Positions 32,904-41,682 of a stretch of DNA of 56,466 bases are shown here, piece by piece; position 1 is the stretch's first letter, and every line of letters starts with the position of its first letter. The stretch is from an uncultured Nitrososphaeria archaeon (GTDB taxonomy: Archaea > Thermoproteota > Nitrososphaeria_A > Caldarchaeales > Wolframiiraptoraceae), in assembly GCA_964637915.1 (NCBI GenBank), contig CAZWXN010000002.1, forward strand, positions 1-56,466, given 5' to 3'. The notes below the pieces were generated by a model. The model saw only the letters and a list, made by a program, of their open reading frames with translations. It had not been told where the DNA came from and made no database searches. A program made the position numbers and the translations under genes.

Positions 32904-33966
32904 ATGATCCAAGGATCTTGAGGAAGAGAGCCTTCTCACCTAGCTCCCTCAACGCCTCGATACACCTCTCCTCAGCCTCTCCATCACCCTCGAAGTCAAC
33001 ATGGAAGAGATACTCCCATGGCCTCTCCTTCACGGGCCTCGACTCTATCCTCGTCAGGTTAATCTTCTTTGAGGCTAATATTGAGAGGGCTTCATGGAGC
33101 GAGCCGGGCCTATGCTGAAGCCTGAAGATTATCGAGGTCTTTCTCCTGCCCGAACCCGCTAGCCGCTCCCGCCCGATTATGAAGAACCTGGTCACATCAT
33201 CCTTTACATCCTGTATATCGCTTGCAAGGATCTCGCCGCCATACACTACCGCGGCCATCTTGGATGCTATCGCGGCCGCGCCATCACATTCTAGAGCCCT
33301 TCTCACGGCCTCCGCCGTGCTCGGGCAATCCTCAACCCTAACATTCTTCAAGGCTCTGCTCAGGAACCCCCTACACTGCGCTAGAGCGGTTGGGTGGCTC
33401 ATGATAATACGTATGTCCTCGAGCCTCATCCCGGGCTTGGCTATCAAGTTGAGGCTTATCTTAACCTGGATCTCCCCGCATACTCTTAATGGCGTCTCGA
33501 CGAGTAGATCTAGCGTCTCCCTCACACCTCCCTCGATCGAGTTCTCGACAGGAACAACGCCATACTGCGCGTCACCGGACTCGACAGCCCTAAAGACATC
33601 TTTTATCGTCGGCATGGGATATGGCTCAAGCCCCCTGCTGAGTAGGGCCTTAAAAGCCGCCTCCTCGCTGAATGATCCCCTAGGGCCGAGGTAGGATACT
33701 CTCCCCGGGCTCTGCGCCCTCCTGCATATCCCGATAAGTGCTCTAAGCGCGATCAGAGTCAGCCCCTTATCTATCCCGAGAGACTCGGCGAACTCACCCC
33801 CGCGCCTCAAGACCTCCTCCTCGCGCTCCAAGTCAGCCACCGGTAATCCGCCAGCCCTCTTCAACTCACCTATCCTCCGGGCTATCTCGACCCTCCTCGC
33901 GACGAGTCGGAGGATCTCGGAATCAATCTCATCTATCATTCTCCTCAGCTCATCCAGCTCCGACAT
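32887..33966 (-). CDS. pheA: bifunctional chorismate mutase / prephenate dehydratase (P-protein) with C-terminal ACT domain
   Basis: CM type II N-terminus (LDELRRMIDEIDSEILRLVARRVEIARRIGELK). PDT core (VSYLGPRGSFSEEAA, VPVENSIEGGV, TRF). ACT domain (TSIIFRLQHRPGSLHEALSILASKKINLTRIESRP). Confidence 0.9.
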   Translation of the reverse strand: MSELDELRRMIDEIDSEILRLVARRVEIARRIGELKRAGGLPVADLEREEEVLRRGGEFAESLGIDKGLTLIALRALIGICRRAQSPGRVSYLGPRGSFSEEAAFKALLSRGLEPYPMPTIKDVFRAVESGDAQYGVVPVENSIEGGVRETLDLLVETPLRVCGEIQVKISLNLIAKPGMRLEDIRIIMSHPTALAQCRGFLSRALKNVRVEDCPSTAEAVRRALECDGAAAIASKMAAVVYGGEILASDIQDVKDDVTRFFIIGRERLAGSGRRKTSIIFRLQHRPGSLHEALSILASKKINLTRIESRPVKERPWEYLFHVDFEGDGEAEERCIEALRELGEKALFLKILGSYEELG

Positions 33967-33992
33967 CCCGGCGGATCAAGACTCCAGACGCC

Positions 33993-34000
33993 GATATATC
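33993..34000 (-). promoter_or_regulatory. TATA-like box GATATATC ~30 nt upstream of the pheA ATG (near-leaderless)
   Basis: The centre of the box is about 30 nt from A of ATG 33966. No SD lies in between. Confidence 0.4.
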
Positions 34001-34066
34001 CTCTTCTCCACAACGGATCCCGTGAGCCCTAAACCCTAGGATATGGATCAGCTTAACATTCTCTCA

Positions 34067-35773
34067 TTAGGAGGTGGATGATATTGCTGATGCGAGCTCC
34101 GCTGCTTTCTTATCAATCCTCTCCACCAGTTTCTTGAATAGCCCCTTATACTCGAGGGTAGCCTTCTCGAGAGCCTCCTCATATGTTATCTCGCCCCTCT
34201 CAATTCTGCTCATCATCTCCTCGATCCTCCTCCTAGTCTCGGGCGTCACGAGCTTCGGATCTATCGACTCGAGAACCTCGATCAGCTTCATACCCAAGGG
34301 TGTTGGCTTGAATGTCCCCTTCTCCTTGACAGCATATCCCCTCTCCCTGATGAGCTGTGGAAAGCTCGCCCTTGTGGCGTCGGTTCCTATCCCATGCTCT
34401 TCCATGAGCCTAAGAAGTTCCGCCTCGGTCAGCCTATCAGGAGGCTTGGTCTTCCCCTCATGAAGCCTGATGGACGCTATCCTCAGCCTCCCACCAACCA
34501 CGAGCTCCGGGATCGGGTTATCCTCAGGCCTAAAGTACTCGTATACCTCGAAGAATCCCGGCTCCACCAGCTCTGATCCTGAGGCCTTTAGCTTTATGCC
34601 CGCAATGCTGAGCTCCACAGACCTCAGCCTCTTAATCGCATCGATGTAGAATGCATTGGCAAGGAATCTTTTCGCGACATATCTCCAGACCTCTAGGCTA
34701 AGGCCTGAGCCTGTGTAGGGGGCTATTGGGTAGATGGGCGTATGAGCGCCATCATCAAGGCTGCCCTGCCTAGGGCTTGGCCGAGCGAGAGGAGGCTTCA
34801 CACCAAGCCCCTGAGCCGCTGCACGGAGAGGCTGCTCAAAGTCGAATCCAGGCCTGTACCTGTTCGTATCCGTCCTAGGATAGGAGATGTATCCCTCGGC
34901 GTAGAGGTTCTCGGCGACTTGGAGTATCTTGGCAGCTGGCTGGCCTGTTATCCTCGACAAGTCCCTTAATAGGTCATCAGTCCGGATCGGCGTCGGCCTC
35001 GCAACTTCCATGATCCTCTCATCAAACTTCTCGACCACCGCGTATCTGGCGCTGTATGCCCTCTCGAATGCTCCCCACGCCTCGCCATGATCCCAGAACC
35101 TATCACTCTCCGCCTCAAACCTCTCTCCAAGCCCTGTCTCGAGAGTCGCCTTGATCGTCCAGAAGGGCTTAGGCTTGAAGTTTATCCGCTCAAGCTCTCG
35201 CTTAACTATGAACCAGAGTGTTGGAGCTTGGCAACTCCCCCAGCTTATCAGCCTCACACTACGATCATGCTTCCTAGTCGATAGCGTTAGAAGCCTTGTA
35301 AATGCTGCACCTGTGATTAGGTCGAACCTCTGCCTGAAAAGCGCCTTCATCACCCAGCCCCAGTTCAAGTCATCCTCGAGGCTTTGCCACGCTCTCCTAA
35401 GCTCGCCCAGATCCGTGCTGTTGAACCTCATCCGCTTATATGGAGCATCCCCCCTAACCTCCCTCCAGATCTTCAGTATCTCGGCGCCTATCAGCTCGCC
35501 CTCCGAGTCATTATCCGTTGCTATCACGAGCACGTCAGCCTCCCTGAACAGCTTCCTGAGCTCCCTAATGGCCCTCGCATCCCTCACTTCATCCCTAAAC
35601 TCGCGGACATCAAAGAGCTTGAGCGGGTCACATCTTCCCCATCCATATTCCTCGGAGAACTCGGAGTCGAGTACATGCCCCCTGACAGAAGTCACTATGA
35701 CATCGCTTCTCCTCAGAGCCTCCCTAATCCTCCTCGCGACACTCGGCTTCTCGGCGACCACCACGAACCTCAT
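34067..35773 (-). CDS. topA: DNA topoisomerase, type IA (Topo III-like), lacking C-terminal zinc-finger repeats
   Basis: TOPRIM N-terminus MRFVVVAEKPSVARRI (catalytic Glu), ATDNDSEGELIG (DxD), active-site Tyr in GYISYPRTDT. It is only 568 aa and ends soon after the core. Confidence 0.85.
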   Translation of the reverse strand: MRFVVVAEKPSVARRIREALRRSDVIVTSVRGHVLDSEFSEEYGWGRCDPLKLFDVREFRDEVRDARAIRELRKLFREADVLVIATDNDSEGELIGAEILKIWREVRGDAPYKRMRFNSTDLGELRRAWQSLEDDLNWGWVMKALFRQRFDLITGAAFTRLLTLSTRKHDRSVRLISWGSCQAPTLWFIVKRELERINFKPKPFWTIKATLETGLGERFEAESDRFWDHGEAWGAFERAYSARYAVVEKFDERIMEVARPTPIRTDDLLRDLSRITGQPAAKILQVAENLYAEGYISYPRTDTNRYRPGFDFEQPLRAAAQGLGVKPPLARPSPRQGSLDDGAHTPIYPIAPYTGSGLSLEVWRYVAKRFLANAFYIDAIKRLRSVELSIAGIKLKASGSELVEPGFFEVYEYFRPEDNPIPELVVGGRLRIASIRLHEGKTKPPDRLTEAELLRLMEEHGIGTDATRASFPQLIRERGYAVKEKGTFKPTPLGMKLIEVLESIDPKLVTPETRRRIEEMMSRIERGEITYEEALEKATLEYKGLFKKLVERIDKKAAELASAISSTS

Positions 35774-35818
35774 CCAGATCTTCTAGAGTCATTAGTCCAG
35801 AGCCATAATTTTATGATT

Positions 35819-36745
35819 CTAGACCTGGCTCCTGCCGCATCTCGGGCAGAAGAGGCTTGACAGTGGCTTTGATCCCCTGCAGAATCTGCAAATTGGCGAA
35901 ATCGCCTTGGAGATGGCCAGCCTCCACTCAACCTTCCCCCTAACAGCCCTATACTCCGGGCTTCGATAAAACTCTAGGATATGATTGATCCTCTCCTCGT
36001 GTGTCGGATGTGTGGTTACTGGCTCTAATGCCGGCTCATCGAGCGCTGGAAGTATTCTCGCAAGCTTTCGTAGAAGGCTTATTGGCTTTGCCGGGTCTCC
36101 GGAGACTATTAGCGCGGCCCTATCAGCCGATATCTCGGACTCTCTATGCCATGAGAGGAGCATCAGCCGGAGGATGGGCGAGAGCATGTTCAATAATCCC
36201 CCGGCGAGGTCGAGGGAGAACTCGGCTCCCCTGACAAGCATCTCCGCCAGCGTATGATACCTGATATGATGACACTTTACATGGCCGAGCTCATGGCCTA
36301 GGACCGCTTTAACCTCGCCACTGTCAAGGATCTCGAGGAGCCCAGAGCTTATCACGAGAAACTGCCTATCACGCGACCCGAAGGTGAAGGCGGTTGGCGC
36401 GCCTGATCTCAGCAGATATGCCTCTGGAAGCCCGGGGAGGCCGAGGATTATCCCGCACTCCCTTATTATAGAGCCGAGCTCTGATGAATAGTCAATCCTC
36501 CTCGAGGATCCACGAAGCCTGGATAGAATCTGATGCACATGGCGCTTGATCATGAGCTCATCAACTATTGGTGAGAGAGCCTCAAAGTCCCTCAGATTCT
36601 CCATCGCATCGCGATCGGGCGGGTAGATGAAGTCCGATACCTCTAGATCATATCTCGTCAGCGGGACAACTCTTCCACCACATCTCATGCAGAAGACCTT
36701 CTCGATCTCTACAAACGCTCCGCAACTCGGACAAGTGATCTGCAT
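35819..36745 (-). CDS. M48-family zinc metallopeptidase flanked by N- and C-terminal zinc ribbons, no obvious TM helices
   Basis: HELGHVKCHH (HExxH, 36281-36295 on the plus strand) with downstream E..SADRAA. N-terminal CPSCGAFVEIEKVFCMRCGG and C-terminal CRFCRGSKPLSSLFCPRCG. Confidence 0.75.
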   Translation of the reverse strand: MQITCPSCGAFVEIEKVFCMRCGGRVVPLTRYDLEVSDFIYPPDRDAMENLRDFEALSPIVDELMIKRHVHQILSRLRGSSRRIDYSSELGSIIRECGIILGLPGLPEAYLLRSGAPTAFTFGSRDRQFLVISSGLLEILDSGEVKAVLGHELGHVKCHHIRYHTLAEMLVRGAEFSLDLAGGLLNMLSPILRLMLLSWHRESEISADRAALIVSGDPAKPISLLRKLARILPALDEPALEPVTTHPTHEERINHILEFYRSPEYRAVRGKVEWRLAISKAISPICRFCRGSKPLSSLFCPRCGRSQV

Positions 36746-36765
36746 TCAACGCTATAGTGCGTGGA

Positions 36766-36803
36766 TAGGCTTAATGAGTATTTCGATGAGCGCTAGGCTT
36801 AAT
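36766..36803. repeat. two perfect copies of TAGGCTTAAT, 28 bp apart, in the divergent promoter region
   Basis: The copies lie at 36766-36775 and 36794-36803. Each is centred ~26-27 nt from one of the two divergent start codons (ATG 36745 minus; TTG 36826 plus). Confidence 0.6.
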
Positions 36804-36825
36804 ATCTGCTAGCATCCGGCAACCC

Positions 36826-37749
36826 TTGAGAGGAGCCTTGAAGATCATCCCCCTCCTCGCGCTCCTGCTACTGGCCTCACAGCCCACCACAACCCTCATC
36901 ATAATAGACTCGAGCGGCATCGTCGAGGCATATCTGAGCTTGAGAACCGTTGAGGGCTTGAATGAGGTTAGGCTGCCGGCCGAGCCCATCCCGGAGACTA
37001 TCGAGGTTCGCGTTGGCAGCGAATGTGTTGCCGCAATCTACGAGGATGGAATCCTCTACTTCTTCTCCCCCGCGCCCGGCGATGCGGAGATAACATATAT
37101 GGTCAACGTGTCGGCGAGGAATAATATCCTCAGTTTCGATATCGGCGGGGGGAACCTTACGAGGTTGAGGATATCTCCCCAAGTAATCCTGCTAACAGTC
37201 CCGAGGAGCATCGAAGGGATTGAATATGTTGAGGGCGATCTCGTGATAGAGTTCCATGGCCCGGAGAGGATAGAATATGCCGTGAGGGCTGGAGCAACTC
37301 CGCAGCCAACCATCACCGCAACCCGGACGGAAACTGTAACATCCATCACAATCGCTCAGATATCGGGCACATATGCGACCGAGTCCATCGAGACGTCTGG
37401 AGCCCGGCTCATCGATCCAATCATAACAGTGGGCTTAGTCGTGATCGTGATAATCGTGGTCGCGGCGATTCTCGCCTACTCCAGGTCGAGAGGCAGGAGG
37501 ATGCCTGGCGAGGATCATGCTTTAACAAAGCTTGATAGGATAATCTTGGAGGCTATCGAGAATTCGGGCGGCTCCATTCTCCAGGGGGAGCTTCAGGCGG
37601 CCCTCGGCCTCCCGAAGACCACGCTATGGAGGCATGTCAAGAAGCTCGGGAAGCTCGGATACATACAGATCGTGAAGGAGGGGGCCCTAAACAGGCTCAT
37701 ACTCCTCAAAAAGCCGGGCCGGGGATTTCCGCCGAGTTCCTGGCAGTGA
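36826..37749 (+). CDS. membrane-tethered winged-helix (MarR/ArsR-like) protein: signal peptide, ectodomain, TM helix, cytoplasmic wHTH (COG2512-like architecture)
   Basis: 307 aa. N-terminal signal IIPLLALLLLASQP. TM helix IITVGLVVIVIIVVAAILAY followed by SRSRGRR. C-terminal LDRIILEAIENSGGSILQGELQAALGLPKTTLWRHVKKLGKLGYIQIVKEG is wHTH-like. Confidence 0.6.
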   Translation: MRGALKIIPLLALLLLASQPTTTLIIIDSSGIVEAYLSLRTVEGLNEVRLPAEPIPETIEVRVGSECVAAIYEDGILYFFSPAPGDAEITYMVNVSARNNILSFDIGGGNLTRLRISPQVILLTVPRSIEGIEYVEGDLVIEFHGPERIEYAVRAGATPQPTITATRTETVTSITIAQISGTYATESIETSGARLIDPIITVGLVVIVIIVVAAILAYSRSRGRRMPGEDHALTKLDRIILEAIENSGGSILQGELQAALGLPKTTLWRHVKKLGKLGYIQIVKEGALNRLILLKKPGRGFPPSSWQ

Positions 37750-37801
37750 AACCATTTGGAACTGGGATTCCCGAGATTCCCTAAAATCATGACCATACTC
37801 T

Positions 37802-39049
37802 ATGATATCCGGTGAGCATGCGGTGATGAGGGCAAGGATGAGCTTCCAAGCAATCGCCATCGTGCTTCTCCTCCTGCTCGCGGTATCTCCCATTATGGCT
37901 GTATATGGTCAGGCTGCCGGCCAGGCGAACCCCGAAGCCCCCAGCAGGGAGCTTGAGAGGCTGAGTCTGCGCGCACATGTCCTCCAGAGGGTTCTGGAGA
38001 GGGCCGCGAACATCGCAAACATCCCTGATTCCTTGAGGAGCGAGATCCAGGCGCTTGTCTCCATGAATATCTCAGCGTTATCTGAGGAAGAGCTTAGAGC
38101 ATTCATCGCGGAGGCTGAGGCCCTTCTAGCCGAGATCAGGGAATCAATCTCGAGATGTAATGCGACTTTTAGCCAGGAGCGAGTCGCCCTGAGGCTTCTC
38201 GAAAGGGTTAGGGAGAGGCTGAACATGACCTTGATGAGGATGAACTTAACGCCGGGCGAGGCGGAGCAGGTTAGGGAGAAGATTATGGAGTGGATCAGGG
38301 AGAGGGCTGGGGAGAACCTGACGGTCAGGGATGTCGCGCATCTCATGAAGAGTGTTAGGGAGATGCTGAGGCACAGGTTTGCCGCGAGGTTCTCCGAGGA
38401 GGCGATGAACTATAGTGAGAGTGCGGCTGGATCCGGCGCCATCTTCGGCCTATTGAATGCCTTGAATGCCTCGAGCAAGGTCCTACTAGTCCTCGAGAGG
38501 GTCAAGATGAGGCTCATGGAGGTTAATGCATCAGAGAGGGCTGTAGAGGTGATAGAGCGTAATATAGAGAGGATAGCGGTAGCGAGGGAGGTTCTGAGGC
38601 AGCTTATTGATAGAATGTCCGCGGGCCATCCGCCCGGAAACATCACGCGTGAGAGGGCTAGGGAGGAGCTTGAGTCAATAGTGAAGGAAAGGGCTGAGAG
38701 GCTTAATGAGACGATCGAGGAGTATATTGGCAGGCTTCAGGAGCTCAGGGATGAGGCCTTGAGACTAAATCTAACAGATCTCGTGAATGAAATAGAGAGG
38801 GGGATGATAGAACTTGAGGCGCTTAAGGATAAGCTTGCATCGGGCAACCTGAGCTTGAGCGAGCTGGCCGGCGCCGCCGCCTCAGCTAAGGGATTGATCA
38901 AGCATGCCGAGAAGCTTATCGAGAAAGCATCCGAGAAGATGGGTAAGCATGGCCCGGATAGGACTCCGCCGGAGAGGGAGCTTCAGCGAGGCGAGAAGGA
39001 GAGGAAGCCGCCGATAACACCGCCGGGCCGATCAAAGGTAAAGCCCTGA
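37802..39049 (+). CDS. secreted all-helical/coiled-coil protein with 12 N-glycosylation sequons and a Lys/Pro-rich tail
   Basis: 415 aa. Signal peptide FQAIAIVLLLLLAVSPIMAVYGQA. A long E/R/L-rich helical sequence. Sequons NIS, NAT, NMT, NLT, NLT, NYS, NAS, NAS, NIT, NET, NLT and NLS. No C-terminal anchor. Confidence 0.6.
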   Translation: MISGEHAVMRARMSFQAIAIVLLLLLAVSPIMAVYGQAAGQANPEAPSRELERLSLRAHVLQRVLERAANIANIPDSLRSEIQALVSMNISALSEEELRAFIAEAEALLAEIRESISRCNATFSQERVALRLLERVRERLNMTLMRMNLTPGEAEQVREKIMEWIRERAGENLTVRDVAHLMKSVREMLRHRFAARFSEEAMNYSESAAGSGAIFGLLNALNASSKVLLVLERVKMRLMEVNASERAVEVIERNIERIAVAREVLRQLIDRMSAGHPPGNITRERAREELESIVKERAERLNETIEEYIGRLQELRDEALRLNLTDLVNEIERGMIELEALKDKLASGNLSLSELAGAAASAKGLIKHAEKLIEKASEKMGKHGPDRTPPERELQRGEKERKPPITPPGRSKVKP

Positions 39050-39056
39050 GAGGCGG

Positions 39057-40739
39057 CTAGCCCATAATACCCTCCCTTTTTCTCCGATTTTCACATGATG
39101 CTTTTATGAATTCTATGAAGAGTGGTGATGGCTTTCTCGGCCTGCTCTTGAACTCTGGGTGGAATTGGACTCCAACTATCCAGGCGTCCCTGAGCTCTAT
39201 CCCGCATATCGTTCCATCAAGCTCATCGTATGCCGAGATCATGAGGCCCTTCCCCGCGGCGAGCTCCGCGTATCTCGGGCTTATATGATACCTGTGCCTA
39301 AACCTCTCGATTATCCTCCCCGACTTGTATGCCTGGTATAGCTTTGTCCCGAGGATCAGTTTCACGGGCCTTCCACCAAGCTTCATCGTCCCTCCCTTGA
39401 GGTTCATCTCCCGCTGCTCGCTGAGAAGATCCACTACTGGATGCGGAGTATTTGGGTCAACCTCCGTGGAGTGGGCATCTCTCAGTCCTAGGATGAGCCT
39501 TGAGAAGGCGACGAAGAGGAGCTGGGCCCCGAAGCATATTCCGAGTAGGGGTATCTGCTTCCTTATCGCGTGCTCCGCCGCCATGATCATCCCCTCAACG
39601 CCTCTAGCGCCGAACCCCGGCGTGAGGAGTATTCCATCAACATCATCGAGGATTCTAAGCTTCTCGGGATCTCGTTCAAACTCCTCGGTCTCTATTAGGA
39701 TTGGCTCTGCTTTCAGTCCAAGCCATGCGGCGGATGACCTGAGAGCCTCGATTATACTGATATAGCTATCGGAGATCATGCAGTATTTCCCCGGCATGGC
39801 TATCCTGACGCGGTCTGAGGGCTCCTTAAGCCTCCTAACCAGCTCGCTCCACTCACTCACCACCTCATCATCCGGTCTTCTTCTTGGGAGTCCTAGGAGG
39901 CTGCATATCAGGTCTCCAAGCCCCTGCCTCTCGAAGATAATGGGAAGCTCGTAGGGAGTCTCGAGATCCGGGTCCGAGATCACGGCATGCCTCGGCACGC
40001 TGCAGAAGAGGCTTATCTTCTCCTTGATCTCCTCCGGGAGCTCTATCCTGCTCCTCCCGACTATGATGTCTGGTTGAAGGCCCATGCTCTGGAGGAGCTT
40101 CACGCTATGCTGGGTCGGCTTGGTCTTGAGCTGCCCAACAGTCTCAAGATATGGGATGAGCGTGACGTGTACGAGTATTATCCTCCCTTTCCCAAGCTCT
40201 AGCATTAGCTGCCTCAGGGCCTCTAGGAATGGCATGACCTCGATGTCGCCGACCGTTCCGCCTATCTCGACGAGCAGAACATCCGGCTTAAGCCTCTGCG
40301 AGGCCCCGAGTATCCTCCGCTTTATCTCGTCAGTTATATGCGGTATGACCTGTATTGTTTTTCCGAGGAACTCGCCGACCCTCTCCTTCAATATCACGCT
40401 CAGATAGACCTGTCCCGAGGTAATGTTATTCGATGGATGCATATTCATCTCGAGGAAGCGCTCATAGGTCCCGAAGTCCTGATCTATCTCGGCTATCCTG
40501 AACCTGTATCCGGGGGCGGCCTCGAACTCCCAGACCTCCTCACAGACGAAGACCTCCCCATGCTCCACGGGGTTGAGCGTCCCCGGATCAACGTTAAGAT
40601 ACGGGTCTATCTTCACAGCATCGACTGTGTATCCCCTGAATTGGAGGAGCTTCCCTATTGAGGCTGTTACAACGCCCTTTCCCAGGCCGCTCAAGACGCC
40701 ACCAGTGACAAAGATGAACCTCGTTTCTGAGCCGCTCAT
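39057..40739 (-). CDS. pyrG: CTP synthase
   Basis: [38 protein letters not shown], the glutamine amidotransferase domain GICFGAQ, and the HRYH/HPEF motifs. Confidence 0.95.
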   Translation of the reverse strand: MSGSETRFIFVTGGVLSGLGKGVVTASIGKLLQFRGYTVDAVKIDPYLNVDPGTLNPVEHGEVFVCEEVWEFEAAPGYRFRIAEIDQDFGTYERFLEMNMHPSNNITSGQVYLSVILKERVGEFLGKTIQVIPHITDEIKRRILGASQRLKPDVLLVEIGGTVGDIEVMPFLEALRQLMLELGKGRIILVHVTLIPYLETVGQLKTKPTQHSVKLLQSMGLQPDIIVGRSRIELPEEIKEKISLFCSVPRHAVISDPDLETPYELPIIFERQGLGDLICSLLGLPRRRPDDEVVSEWSELVRRLKEPSDRVRIAMPGKYCMISDSYISIIEALRSSAAWLGLKAEPILIETEEFERDPEKLRILDDVDGILLTPGFGARGVEGMIMAAEHAIRKQIPLLGICFGAQLLFVAFSRLILGLRDAHSTEVDPNTPHPVVDLLSEQREMNLKGGTMKLGGRPVKLILGTKLYQAYKSGRIIERFRHRYHISPRYAELAAGKGLMISAYDELDGTICGIELRDAWIVGVQFHPEFKSRPRKPSPLFIEFIKASCENRRKREGIMG

Positions 40740-40764
40740 AATTCATCCACCCCGCGAATGCTCC

Positions 40765-41682
40765 TCATGGTCTCTGTGCATACCCCACCAGCTCCTTGAT
40801 GGATTTGAATCCTCTCGAGGTGAGAAAGCTTCTTAATCCTTCGATAATCTCCCTGAATATCTCGAGGTCTTTCCTAGCTATCGCCGAGCCCACTCCGACG
40901 GCATTAGCTCCCGCGAGGATTAGCTCTAGCGCAGCCCTCCAGCCATCCACGCCGCCGACGCCGATTATGGGCACATCCGGGAGCTCCCGCCTAATCTCGT
41001 ATACAGCCGCGACGGCTATCGGCCTGATACATGGCCCCGAGAGACCCCCAAAGATGTTGGATAATATCGGCGTCATGGATTCCACGCTTATCGCCGCCGC
41101 CCGGATCGTGTTTATCGCTGTCACGCCATCAGCCCCAGAGCCGATATAGCGAGAGACGATATCCGGCCTAGCCTGATAGGCCGAGATCTTCACGAAGACA
41201 GGCCTCGATGATATGCTCCTGACCGATCTTATTATGTTGCATGCGAGCTGGATGTCTGAGCCTATCTCCAGCCCATATCCCCCCACGTGTGGGCATGAGA
41301 GGTTAAGCTCGATCGCGCTGCATCCAGCATCCAGAGCATGCTCCGCGACATCCATGAACTCGCTCTCATCCCTGCCGCCTATACTCGCGATCACCGGTAT
41401 CCTGATGTTCTCCACAGCTCTTCTCAGCTCCATCTTGAAGGCTGTTATCCCCAGGTTCGGCAGCCCCATAGCATTGAGATATCCGAATCCGAGATCCGCG
41501 AATACCGGGTTTGAGTAGCCCTCCCTCGGCTCACGCGTGATAGTCTTGGTGGTTATCGCGCCAGCGCCAGCCTTCTCAACCCTCCTCATCAGCCCATAAG
41601 ATGATCCGAGGATCCCCGATGCGAGGATTGTCGGGTTCCTCAGCCTGAGCCCGGCAAGCTCCACCTCAAGATCCGGCGACAT
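40765..41682 (-). CDS. pyrD: dihydroorotate dehydrogenase, catalytic subunit (class 1B type)
   Basis: LAGLRLRNPTILASG, TTKTIT, NAMGLPN, ELNLSCPH, GGLSGP and IGVGGV motifs. It is paired with pyrK. Start taken as ATG 41682 (MSPDLEV...); the track ORF extends to 41718. Confidence 0.9.
   Translation of the reverse strand: MSPDLEVELAGLRLRNPTILASGILGSSYGLMRRVEKAGAGAITTKTITREPREGYSNPVFADLGFGYLNAMGLPNLGITAFKMELRRAVENIRIPVIASIGGRDESEFMDVAEHALDAGCSAIELNLSCPHVGGYGLEIGSDIQLACNIIRSVRSISSRPVFVKISAYQARPDIVSRYIGSGADGVTAINTIRAAAISVESMTPILSNIFGGLSGPCIRPIAVAAVYEIRRELPDVPIIGVGGVDGWRAALELILAGANAVGVGSAIARKDLEIFREIIEGLRSFLTSRGFKSIKELVGYAQRP

Noticed and set aside
32887-32939. 53-nt overlap between pheA and the longest tyrA ORF, considered as a sign of a frameshifted pheA-tyrA fusion.
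   Set aside because: Alternative tyrA starts exist: ATG 32903, and TTG 32882 just after the pheA stop. The Rossmann loop begins shortly after them. So the overlap is an artefact of taking the longest ORF.
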